From: Octopus sinensis
Taxonomy: Eukaryota
Reading direction: 5' to 3'
Assembly: GCF_006345805.1 (NCBI RefSeq)
Contig: NC_043022.1
Span: 2,356,001 to 2,420,000 of the forward strand
DNA length: 64,000 bases
Of the stretch, positions 53,876 to 64,000 are shown piece after piece; the stretch's first letter is position 1; each line of letters opens with the position of its first letter. Under the pieces are notes generated by a model. The model was not told the DNA's origin. It made no database searches and was given only the letters and a program-made list of their open reading frames with translations. A program made the position numbers and the translations under genes.

Positions 53876-54024
53876 TGTGTATGTATATGCGTGTGCATGC
53901 ATGTGTACATTTGTATATATGTATGTATGTGATTTGTGTGCTCCATGATAGATTGTGTACTTCTTGACTGAAATGACCTTAAGGTTGATCACGTAAATAA
54001 CATTTCTATTAAATTTTTTGCCAG

Positions 54025-54091
54025 ATACCAAATGTTCAAGAAACGGTTAATCGTACACTTTAAGCTGCGTTTCAAAGAACGCAAGCAGCGA
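54025..54091 (+). CDS. NCOR: NCoR exon (K-YQMFKKRLIVHFKLRFKERKQR)
   Basis: Matches NQVMRKKLILFFKRRNHARKQR; CAG/GTAAGT, phase 2 to 0. Confidence 0.95.
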
Positions 54092-55335
54092 GTAAGTTTT
54101 CATCTTTTATTCTGGAACTATAGCACGTAAACGATTTTATTAATTCTAGCAATTCTTACCATTCCTTTCAAACATCTTACAAAAACAATTTTAAAATACG
54201 AATTCATTTAATGAATTAAGTTTTAACCCTTTAGTGTTCAGATTATTCTACCAAAATTAATTCTTTTTCATCCACTTTGTTTTGAACTAATCATGGATTA
54301 TCTTGTAGCTATGAGATTTTGATGAGATAGCTGTTAATTTTTAAAACGATATTGTAGGGTTGGTGTGAGAGACCAGATCTGGTCAGTTTGACCATAAAAC
54401 AGGCAGGATACTTTTGGCCGGATATGGCCGGTTTAAATGCTAAAGGGTTAAATTCCTTCTGGTGGTTCATTGATTTGTTATAATTAAAAATATTCTTGTG
54501 TAGCAAAACTCTGGAAATAGAAGCTAACAATGGAACGAAATTGTAACTGTACCAATACCCATCCACTATGAAGGCACGTGGCTTGGTAGTCAGGAATGTT
54601 CGGCTCACAGTTGTGAGTTCAGTTCCTGGCAGTACATTGTCCTTGAGCAAGGCACTTCATTTCACATTACTCCTGTCCACTCAGCTGGCAAAAATGAGTT
54701 GTACCTGATTTTTAAAGGGCCAACCTGGTCATCTTCTGTAGAATGCAGAGTCTCCCTGAGGACTACATTAAGGGCACGCATGTCTGTGGAGTGCCCAGCC
54801 ACTTCATCATTTAACGTCTGTTTTCCATGCTGGCCTGGGTTGGGCTGTTCAACTGGAGTCTGGGAAGCCAATAGGCTGCACCAGGCCCCAATCTGATCTG
54901 GCGGTGTTTCTGCAGCTGGATGCCCTTCCTAATGCCAACCATACCGAGAGTGTACTGGATGCTTTTTATGTGCCGCAGGCATGCTCTTTCATTGATCGGA
55001 TCAACTGGAATTCCCATCGTCGTCATAACAAACAGAGTTCCAGTTTAAACCCCAACTCTACTTCTACAAAGAAAGCACCATGAAATATCAAGAAGATTTA
55101 TAATCAATTTTTCTCTCTTTCTTGCTTTTTCCCACCCTTATATTGCAACCAACTACATTTTCAAATTTGTTTCCAAATCTAATTTAATGACGTTGGCTAG
55201 TTTTATCCTATCATGTCTATTGGCCAACATGCATGCCTTCTTTTTCCTTTTTTTTTTTTCATCAGAACACTATCCAACTAACCATTATGTTATGTTCTGT
55301 TGACTACTTGCTTTCCCTCTTTCTTTTTTTTATAG

Positions 55336-55421
55336 GAACGATATCTAACTGACCGTTATGACCAACTAATGCAAGCCTGGCTCAAAAAAATAGAACGTCT
55401 GGAAAATAATGCGAAACGAAA
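55336..55421 (+). CDS. NCOR: NCoR exon (ERYLTDRYDQLMQAWLKKIERLENNAKR-K)
   Basis: Matches EQKICQRYDQLMEAWEKKVDRIENNPRRK; TAG acceptor, GTGAAT donor. Confidence 0.96.
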
Positions 55422-55929
55422 GTGAATATACGAATATTTTTTTTTTACATATCAAATTTTGTTTACATTATTTTTTTAAGAGTTTTTTTTTTTTTTAAGA
55501 AGCTATTGTTTATTAACCCTTTAGTGTTCTGATTATTCTATCAAATATAATGCCTATTGATTTCCATTGATTTGAATTAATCATGCATTTTCTCATATCT
55601 TCAAGATCTTGATGGTGTAATTACTTAATGTAGAATAACATTGTAGGGTAGGTGTGAGAGCCTGGATCTGGTCAGTTTGAACATAAAACAGATTAAATAT
55701 TTTGGCCGGATATGGCCGGTTTAAATACTAAAGGTTAAATAATTGTTTTTTGTGTTTGCATGTGTGTGCAGAGAGTGAACTTATGCAAGATTATAACTCT
55801 TAATGAATAGCTTAATATTAAACTCATTTGTAACACTACTGCTCTAATTAGTTCTCACAGGGTACAGATGTGTGAGACAATGACAATGAGTGTTCAACAC
55901 TGCATTATATGTATATATATATATACATA

Positions 55930-56225
55930 TCACGTGTTCACGTGACCAACCAGACCATCAGATGTTGTTACACATCGCTGGTCACAATGCGTTCGCATTG
56001 TTTTAGCCTTCGAATGACGCCACCCCACTGACTAAGCAAGCAGGCCAACAGAAGAAAGAGTGGGTGAAAGAGTACAGCAGGGATCACCACCCCCTGCCGG
56101 AGCCTCGTGGAGCTTTTTAGGTGTTTTCGCTCAATAAACACACACAATGCCCGGTCTGGGAATCGAAACCATGATCCTGCGACCGCGAGTCCGCTGCCCT
56201 AACCACTAGGCCATTGCGCCTCCAC
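55930..56225 (-). mobile_element. tRNA-derived SINE with family E head and a different tail
   Basis: 56062-56225 is the reverse complement of the family E head; 55930-56060 is unrelated to the family E tail. Confidence 0.8.
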
Positions 56226-57055
56226 ATATATACATATATATGAATAAATATTTCAGTGGAATTTTCGAAACATGTGTCGAAAGTAAGAATATTTGATTAC
56301 ACCTGCGTTAAACTCCATTTATTTATTCATATATTATACAAAAAATTCCACGTAAACACAAAGTTTCTACCTTTATAAACAAGGAGTTACAACCTCTTTA
56401 CTTGTGAGATTTTTGCTACCCTGGTAACTATTTATTTATTTTTTCCGTGTTAATTGTTAACGAGGTAAAAATACACTCATCTATTTATATACATATATAT
56501 ATGCATGGCTGTGTGGTTAGGGAGCTTGCTTCCTAGCTACATGGTTTCGGGTTCAGTCCCACTGCGTGGCACTTTGGGTGGGTGTCTTCCACTATAGCCC
56601 CGAGCTGACCGGAGCTTTGTGATTGAATTTGGTAGGCGGAAGTTACTGCCGTGTGTGTATGTGTGCGTGTAGGTGCTTGTGCCTCTCCGAAAGAGAGAGA
56701 GGGATATTCATAATTATACACACACACACACACCCACACATGCAAATGACCTGATATGTGGACATATCATTCCCTAATCTCATTGGTCACTTTTGGAAGG
56801 CTTCCGTAGAAATGTTCATTGGGTGTGTACTGCTGCCATTTCACATCCAAAGCCATTCGTTAAATCCTTGTGTAGCAGGCATCTTAACTCTTCTTTGATA
56901 TACAGAGAAATTTAATTAGTGAGCTTATATGTCAATCAAGGATGAGGACAATTTTCCAACTAATTTATACTCTGTACATATTGTCACTGTTGATTTTTTT
57001 TTTTTTTTTTTTTTTGTGTCTAACGATCTATCTCCAATTTATAATTATTTCTCAG

Positions 57056-57142
57056 ATCCAGAGATTGTAAGATGCGAGAATTCTATGAAAAGGTATTTCC
57101 TGAAATTAAAAAGGCTCGTGAAGATAAAGAAAGGTTTGCAAG
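57056..57142 (+). CDS. NCOR: NCoR exon (K-SRDCKMREFYEKVFPEIKKAREDKERFA-R)
   Basis: Matches AKESKTREYYEKQFPEIRKQREQQERF; CAG/GTAATT; gene continues beyond the window. Confidence 0.97.
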
Positions 57143-57931
57143 GTAATTTTCAAAAAAAATTTATGAAAGGTTTTTTTTTTTTTTATCCCCATTAAGAAAA
57201 AACTTCATTTTTTCCAGCAATGTATGTATATTATTTATTTAACTTTAATATTATAATCAAGTGTGTATGTTTTTTAATTTTTTTTTTTTTGTTTTTAATT
57301 TTAAGTTATGGCTTAACTAAACTTAGATAACCCCCACCTCCCATTAAAATTTAAATTTTTAAGAAAATCATTTCTTTTCGTTAATCGCAGAGATCCTTTT
57401 TCTTTATAAACAGTAACAAATAGAGCTGCTTATTAGTAATCAAAATAGCTATATATCTTTATACATACATCATACATGGTTGTATGTCTGGTGGGGGGGG
57501 GGGGGTGAATGTGCGCATTTGTGATGACAAACACAAGCAAAAAGTAACTCAATACACACAGAATTTATATATTTATTAATATCTGAGCAGTCATACCAGC
57601 ATTACACAGTTCCCTATCACCATTTCTCATGCAATAAATAAAATATATTAGTTGTTCAGGTTATCTCTACGGATATTCTGTAGAAATTACGACTGGCACT
57701 GGTTTTTGCTTCTCTGTTTCATATTCCGAGATGTCAGATGTGAACAGACAGTGAGATCGGAAATGAAAAACGGGTAATAACCATATTTCAAAGGGGTTTT
57801 GCCCCCTTCATCAGCACCCATCGAACCCATGAATCGTCCTTGAACACATTGCTTAAATAGCCACTATATATATATATATATATATAACAGGGCTGTGGAG
57901 TCAAAACAAAAATCTTCGACTCCTCTGAGAA

Positions 57932-58185
57932 TTGGGCCTCACGGAGGCAATGACAAATGACCAAGACCTTTGGCAATATACTGTGCTTGACAAGAAAACC
58001 ATTCAAGCCAAGTGAAATCGTTGTCGTGGCATGTAAAAACATCCATTACACTCTCGGAGTGGTTGGCATTAGGAAGGGCATCCAGCTGTAGAAACCACAC
58101 CAAATGAGACTAAAATCTGGTGCAGCCCCTCAGTTATCCGTCCTGGTCGAACCATCCAACCCATGGGGCATTAAATGATGATGAT
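57932..58185 (+). mobile_element. RTE LINE extreme C-terminus plus family C 3' UTR
   Basis: LGLTEAMTNDQDLWQYTVL...* runs directly into the family C block and (GAT)n tail. Confidence 0.65.
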
Positions 58186-58734
58186 AATGCTGTAATGACT
58201 TAATCTTTGCATGAAGCTAAACCCCCAGATGTTTCTTATCAATTCGGTATAAAAGGCGGCGAGCTGGCAGAATCGTTAGCATGCCGGGCGAAATACTTAG
58301 CAGTAATTCGTTTGCCACTACGTTCTGAGTTCAAATTCCGCCGAGGTCGACTTTGCCTTTCATCCGTTTGTCTGTCCTCTCTGTGTTTAGTCCCTTGTGG
58401 GTAGTAAAGAAATAGGTATAAGAGGCACAGTGTTTCATGATGAATTAGAAGTATTGTTAGGCGTTATAAAATTACCTCTAGTTCTATTGAGATCAAAGTG
58501 GATCTTCGAAAGTTAAGTTCATTTGAAACGTCAAATGTAATCTTTTTCCTGACATAGACGAATGAACTAAAAGAGAAAGATCTATTGATTGGTTGACTTC
58601 ATAGATTTCTAACTCTAAGATTTGGCAATTTACCTTTCTCGTACAGAATACTCTTGAACCATTTAGAAGTAAATTAAACAAATAAAATAAACGAATGCTA
58701 GGTTTTACAATCTCTTGAACAAGCCTCAAATTGT

Positions 58735-59413
58735 GTAGGTCTTTACCTCAATGAGGCCAAGACTGAATACATAAACAAGTGCCTGTCCAACAGTGATTGC
58801 ATCATCCATACTCTCCTCAGTGCGCCTTTAAATATGGTTTCTGATTACAAATATCTTGGGTCATACATATCATCATCTGAAAAAGACTTTCTAACTAGAA
58901 AGGGTATGGCCTGGTCAGCCTGTAATGACATGCATAAGATCTGGTCATCAAATCTAAGTAGAGACTTCAAACTTGAAATCTTCAAAGCCACAGTTGAACA
59001 AATTCTACTATATGGCTCAGAAACCTGGACGTTATCAAAGAAGCTTGAGAGGTGGTTGGATGGAACCTACACCCGCCTCCTTATGAGAGCTCAAAATCTC
59101 TCGTGGAAGCGCCATCCAACCAAAATGCAAATATATGGGAAACTAGCACCTGTGTCATCTCTTGTGAAAGGTAGAAGAGTCCAGTTTGCTGGACATTGTT
59201 GTAGAGCTGAAAAAGAGGTAATTTCTACTCTTCTCCTCTGGAAGCCATCTACTCGCAATACCAGAGGGTGCCCACTCTCCTACCCTGATGTAATCTTCAG
59301 GGATACAGGCATCCAACAACAGGACCTCCGTAATGCCATGATGGACTGTAAAGTCTGACGTAGCATGGTAAATTCCATTGTCTCGACCACGGTCGAACAA
59401 TGATGATGATGAT
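58735..59413 (+). mobile_element. 5'-truncated RTE/RTEX-clade LINE (RT thumb and C-terminal region)
   Basis: VGLYLNEAKTEYI...YKYLGSYI...ILLYGSETWTL...LDGTYTRLL...FAGHCCR; premature TGA at 59356; (TGA)n tail. Confidence 0.92.
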
Positions 59414-60702
59414 TTGGCGTTAGTTAACATTGGTAAAGACCAATAAAATATAAACCAGTCTGCTGAAGTACTAAGGTTGATAGAAATTACTATACCTCCC
59501 TCATAAAACTGAAGCACTTCTAGGAATATTAAATATATGTGCAGGAGTGGCTGTGTGGTAAGTAGCTTGCTTACCAACCACATGGTTCTGGGTTCAGACC
59601 CATTGTGTGGCACCTTGTGTCTTCTACTACAGCCTCAAGCCAACCAAAGCCTTGTGAGTGCATTTGGTAGACAGAAACTGAAAGAAGCCTGTCCTCTATA
59701 TATGTGTGTGTGTGTGTGTGTGTCTGTGTTTGTTCCCCCAACATCACTTGACAGCTGATGTTGGTGTGTTTGCGTCCCCTGTCACTTAGCGGTTCAGCAA
59801 AAGAAATTGATAGATTAAGTACTAGGCTTACAAAGAATAAGTCCTGGTGTCGATTTACTCAACTAAAGGCAGTGCTCCAGCATGGCCACAGTCAAATGAC
59901 TGAAACAAATAAAAGAATATATATTAATAATAAGATTTACTAGCTTAAAGCTTATAATTGATCCCCATGGATTGATGAAGGTAAAAAGCCTAATATTGGG
60001 GCCTATAAGCCCTTGATGGAAAAGAGTAGGGTTTGCCGTGTGCATGATACATCATTATTATATACGTTTTTTGTTGAAATGGTGAATCTCGAAGCCTTCA
60101 ACATTTTCTACAGGGTTTTACTTAATCCAGTATTTATTTACACACTATCATATGTAGCTTCATCTGCTTCAGGATTCACTGTTCCAAAGAAAAATAATTT
60201 CACATTTTTGAATTTTAAGGATATTACAGTGAAGACCCTGAAGAAACTACACCGGTACTGTAGCAAAGTTGCAAATGCAACAGATACTGACCGATGTCGT
60301 GGCAACATATGGAGGTCAATAATAATGAGCTGTATTTAAATTAGAATGTAAATTAAAATTTGTGAAATACTCCTTCGTCATGCCCATTATCATATATATG
60401 GGCCTGATGAAGCCTTCTGGCTTCACAGACCCCAGTAGAACCGTCCAGCCCATGCTAGCATGGAAAACGGACGCTAAACGATGATGATGATGATGATATA
60501 TATATAAAACAATTGCAGCGTGGAAGGTGTTTATAAGCCATTTAAGAAACACACAAAAACCGTTAAATTTAAATGTTGAAGTGAATCTAACGGTTTTTGT
60601 GTGTTTCTTAAATGGCTTATAAACACCTTCCACGCTGCAATTGTTTTCGTTCCAGCACACGATCTCAGATCAAGTCACTCGCTATGCAAGTACATCTCCG
60701 TA

Positions 60703-60733
<31 letters not shown>

Positions 60734-62047
60734 GGAGTGGCTGTGTGATAAGTAGCTTGCTTCCCAACCACATAGTTTCAGGTTCAGTCCCACTGCGTGG
60801 TATCTTAGACGAGTGTTTTCTACTATAACCTCTGGCCAGCCAAAGCTTTGTGAGTGGACTTGGCAGGCGGAAACTGAAAAGAAGCCTTTGGAGGGGTTCA
60901 ATGAAATAAGTACCTGTTGAGTACTAGGGGGTCAGTGTAATCAACTGATCTCTTCCTCCAAAATTACAGGCCTTATGCCTATTACTAGAAAGGATTATTA
61001 TCATTATTATTATTGTTGTTGTTGTTAAGGTGGTGAACTGGCAGAATCGTTAGCACGCCAGGCAAAATGCTTAGCAGTATTTCATCTATTGTTACATTAT
61101 GAGTTCAAATTCTGCTAAGGTTGACATTTACTTTACATCCTTGTGGGGTTGATAGGTTAAGTACCAGTTGAGTACCGGGGTTGATATAATCAACTATCCC
61201 TCTCCCCCAAATTTCAGGCCTTGTGCCTATAGTAGAAAGGATTTACCGTGGATATGCATGGCTGGGGGTTAAGAAGCTGAGTTTAGAACCATGGGGTTTT
61301 GGGTTCAGTCCCATTGCGCAGCACCTTGGGAAAGGCTAACCAGTGGCTTGTGAGCAAAATTGGTGGACAGAAACTGCATGGTATCTCCGTGTGCCACCGA
61401 CACGAGGACTAGTCAGGCGATTCTGGCAACGATCACGCTCAAAAGGTGTTTTTTTACGTGCTACCTGCACAGACTGGCAGAATCATTAGCATGCCAGGCA
61501 AAATGCTTTGTGGTGTATCACCCGTCTTTATGTTCTGAGTTCAAATTCCACCTAGGTCGACTTTGCCTTTCATCCTTTCGGGGTCGATAAATTAAGTACC
61601 AGTGAAACACTGGGGACAATGTAATCAATTGTCCCGACTATCCATGGCCCCAAATTTCAGACCTTGTGCCTATAGTGGAAAAGATTATTACTATTATTAT
61701 AATTTTTCCTAAAATTCCCTACATTATAAAGTATAAGGATCTCCGTATTGCCTAGGTTCTGGTAGCAAAGCATGTTCCTCCACGTTCCTCTCTCTGCTCC
61801 AATTCCACACTGATATGTTATGTTTGTTTTTGCTTTTTTCTTCCTTGATGTGTGTGGCTTCACATTTTACATTCATTTTATTTATGTAGCAGAGTTTTGT
61901 ATTTTCGCTTGAGTTGCTGAGGTTTTTTTTTTATGGTTTTTTAATGGTTTTTTGTTTTTTGTTTTGTATGCTGAGTGTTTCTTATAATTATTTAATTTTT
62001 GTGTGAATACATCTTGTTTTCTGTCATAACACATTTTCTTGCACAGA

Positions 62048-62094
<47 letters not shown>

Positions 62095-62479
62095 ATCTTG
62101 TAGGGATCTCATTGAAAAAATTTTTTTCTGTTTAAATTTTGAGCATTCATTCAAAAATTACATATACCCACATGCACAACTATTATGCTATAAGAAAGTG
62201 TATGCATGTATATATACATATATGTGTGTGTTTGTGTATATATATATATATATCTGTCTGGTGTAGTCTTCTACCTAGCTGGCTCCTGTCAAACTGTCCA
62301 ACCCATGGAAGGTGGACGTTACACAATGATGATATATATATGTATAGATATAAGTTCAGCAAAATTTAGATTCAGTTGAATATGGTACTTAAGTCAAAGG
62401 CACCAGAATTTTGTATGGTATTATCCATATAAATCAATGGGGTGATTTTGTAAATAAAATATATATATATATATATGTA

Positions 62480-62643
62480 CTTTATTAAAGCAGTGGAAAA
62501 TTCAACAAAACCTGTTACTCTGAGTTTCCCGTTGCCGTTCATCGGACAGTTTTTGCTAGAATCTAGCAAAAACTGTACGATGAACGGCAACGGGAAACTC
62601 AGAGTAACAGGTTTTGTTGAATTTTCTGCTACTTTAAATAAAG
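62480..62643. repeat. Palindrome (~80-bp arms) with a hammerhead-like motif in each arm
   Basis: Centre GCTAGA-A-TCTAGC; minus 62512-62549 reads CUGU-CCGAUGA-ACG-GCAA-CGG-GAAA-CUC-A-GAG-UA-ACAG. Confidence 0.8.
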
Positions 62644-62740
62644 CATATTACTCTACCACTGGTATCTGAGTACTCTTTTTTCCACCTTGTTTCACATTTA
62701 TGTGTTTACTCCTGTATATATATATATATATATATATATA

Positions 62741-62918
62741 AGTAATACTAAGCAATAAGGGTTTAGCAACGAGTTGCCTTACCACATACCGAATTTAGAA
62801 ATAGCAGTCAAAGTGTATAGCTATTTCTTCTAAAATAGCTATAACACTTTGACTGCTATTTCTAATTCGGTATGTGGTAAGGCAACTCGTTGCTAAACCC
62901 TTATTGCTTAGTATTACT
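62741..62918. repeat. Palindrome (~85-bp arms) next to (TA)n
   Basis: AGTAATACTAAGCAATAAGGGTTTAGCAACGAGTTGCC... / ...GGCAACTCGTTGCTAAACCCTTATTGCTTAGTATTACT. Confidence 0.9.
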
Positions 62919-63137
62919 TAAATTTTCCTCGAATGAGGCTTTACATGCCGAAGACTACTTGTGTAATTGATAATTTTTCCAAATTAATTAATTTCACCCT
63001 TCATTATTACGGATATATATATATATAATATATATATATATATAATAATAAATATTAGGGAATAAATCCAAATTTACAGGGAAAAAAATCAGATTTAGGA
63101 TTAAATCCAATTTTATAGTAAAATATTATAAAATATT

Positions 63138-63284
63138 ATTTGAGACAAAACCACTATTTTGCAAAACAAACAAGGAAAGACTTAATCAATACATAAAATT
63201 TAATAAATAGTCAAAATTTATTAAATTTTATGTATTGATTAAGTCTTCCTTGTTTGTTTTGCAAAATAGTGGTTTTGTCTCAAA

Positions 63285-63286
<2 letters not shown>
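63138..63286. repeat. Palindrome (~70-bp arms) next to (TA)n
   Basis: TTGAGACAAAACCACTATTTTGCAAAACAAACAAGG... / ...CCTTGTTTGTTTTGCAAAATAGTGGTTTTGTCTCAA. Confidence 0.9.
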
Positions 63287-63339
<53 letters not shown>

Positions 63340-64000
63340 TACATACATAGACTCGTTTACATATATACATATAGATATATAAACATACACCTACACATGT
63401 AAGCCTAGTACTTATTCTATCAATTTCTTTTGCTGAACCGCTAAGTGACAGGTGACGCAAACACACCACACACACAAGCATATGCATAGATATATTTATA
63501 TAAACAGGTTTGATTATTAAAGAATATTTCTATAATATGAGAATCGGTTACCCGCCACCCTCCTATTTTAGCGTAGGATTTTATGACTGATGTACATAAA
63601 ACATAGGATTGAATGTGTATCATTTGCCAATTCTGTTTCGATTGGCAACTCCTTACTTATATTAGTTAATAATATGTGTGCATGCGATCGATTGGTACCA
63701 AGTGTGCAACAAGAGTTCAGTTCCCTGTCCAGCTGTAGGTGGAGGCATGGCTGTGTGGTAAGAGGTTTGCTTCCCAACCACATGGTTCCAGGTTCAGTTC
63801 TACTGTGTGGCACCATGGGCAAGTGTCTTTGGCTATTGCCCTGGACCAGCTAAATCCTTGTGAGTGTAATTCATCATCATCATCATCGTTTAACGTCCGT
63901 TTTCCATGCTGGCATGGGTTGGACGGTTCGACCGGGGATCTGGGAAGCCAGAAGGCTGCACCAGGCTCCGGTCTTATCTGGCAATGTTTCTACAGCTGGA

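Noticed and set aside
55422-55431. Atypical donor GTGAAT as a U12 intron
   Set aside because: Does not match the U12 consensus RTATCCTT; treated as a weak U2 donor
62925-62965. Hammerhead-like CGAATGA-GGC..GCC-GAAG
   Set aside because: Core is off-consensus and I could not form stems I and III
57143-64000. Next NCoR exon (ARSEHE..IIDGL-like)
   Set aside because: Not found by eye; probably lies beyond the window

Overview
AT-rich, repeat-saturated animal genomic DNA. The SINE, MITE and LINE families look like those of an octopus (coleoid cephalopod); this is inferred by pattern recognition, not by a database search. The only host gene I can support is the 5' part of a nuclear receptor corepressor (NCoR/SMRT family) gene on the + strand. 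It has nine confidently spliced exons between 33405 and 57142 with consistent GT-AG phases, encoding the N-terminus, the GPS2-binding coiled coil and the TBL1-binding region, plus a probable start exon at 31903-31968. The gene continues beyond the window. The rest is tRNA-derived SINEs, LINE fragments (RTE, CR1, R4/Dong), TTAA piggyBac-type, hAT and mariner MITEs, non-autonomous Helitrons and micro/minisatellites; almost all listed ORFs are spurious. The most interesting signal is a set of (TA)n-embedded palindromic elements carrying hammerhead ribozyme folds, probably Penelope-like pLTR remnants. One is a complete type I hammerhead in both arms of a 167-bp inverted repeat inside an NCoR intron. 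A pair of inverted MITEs also brackets an in-frame 177-nt NCoR exon block.
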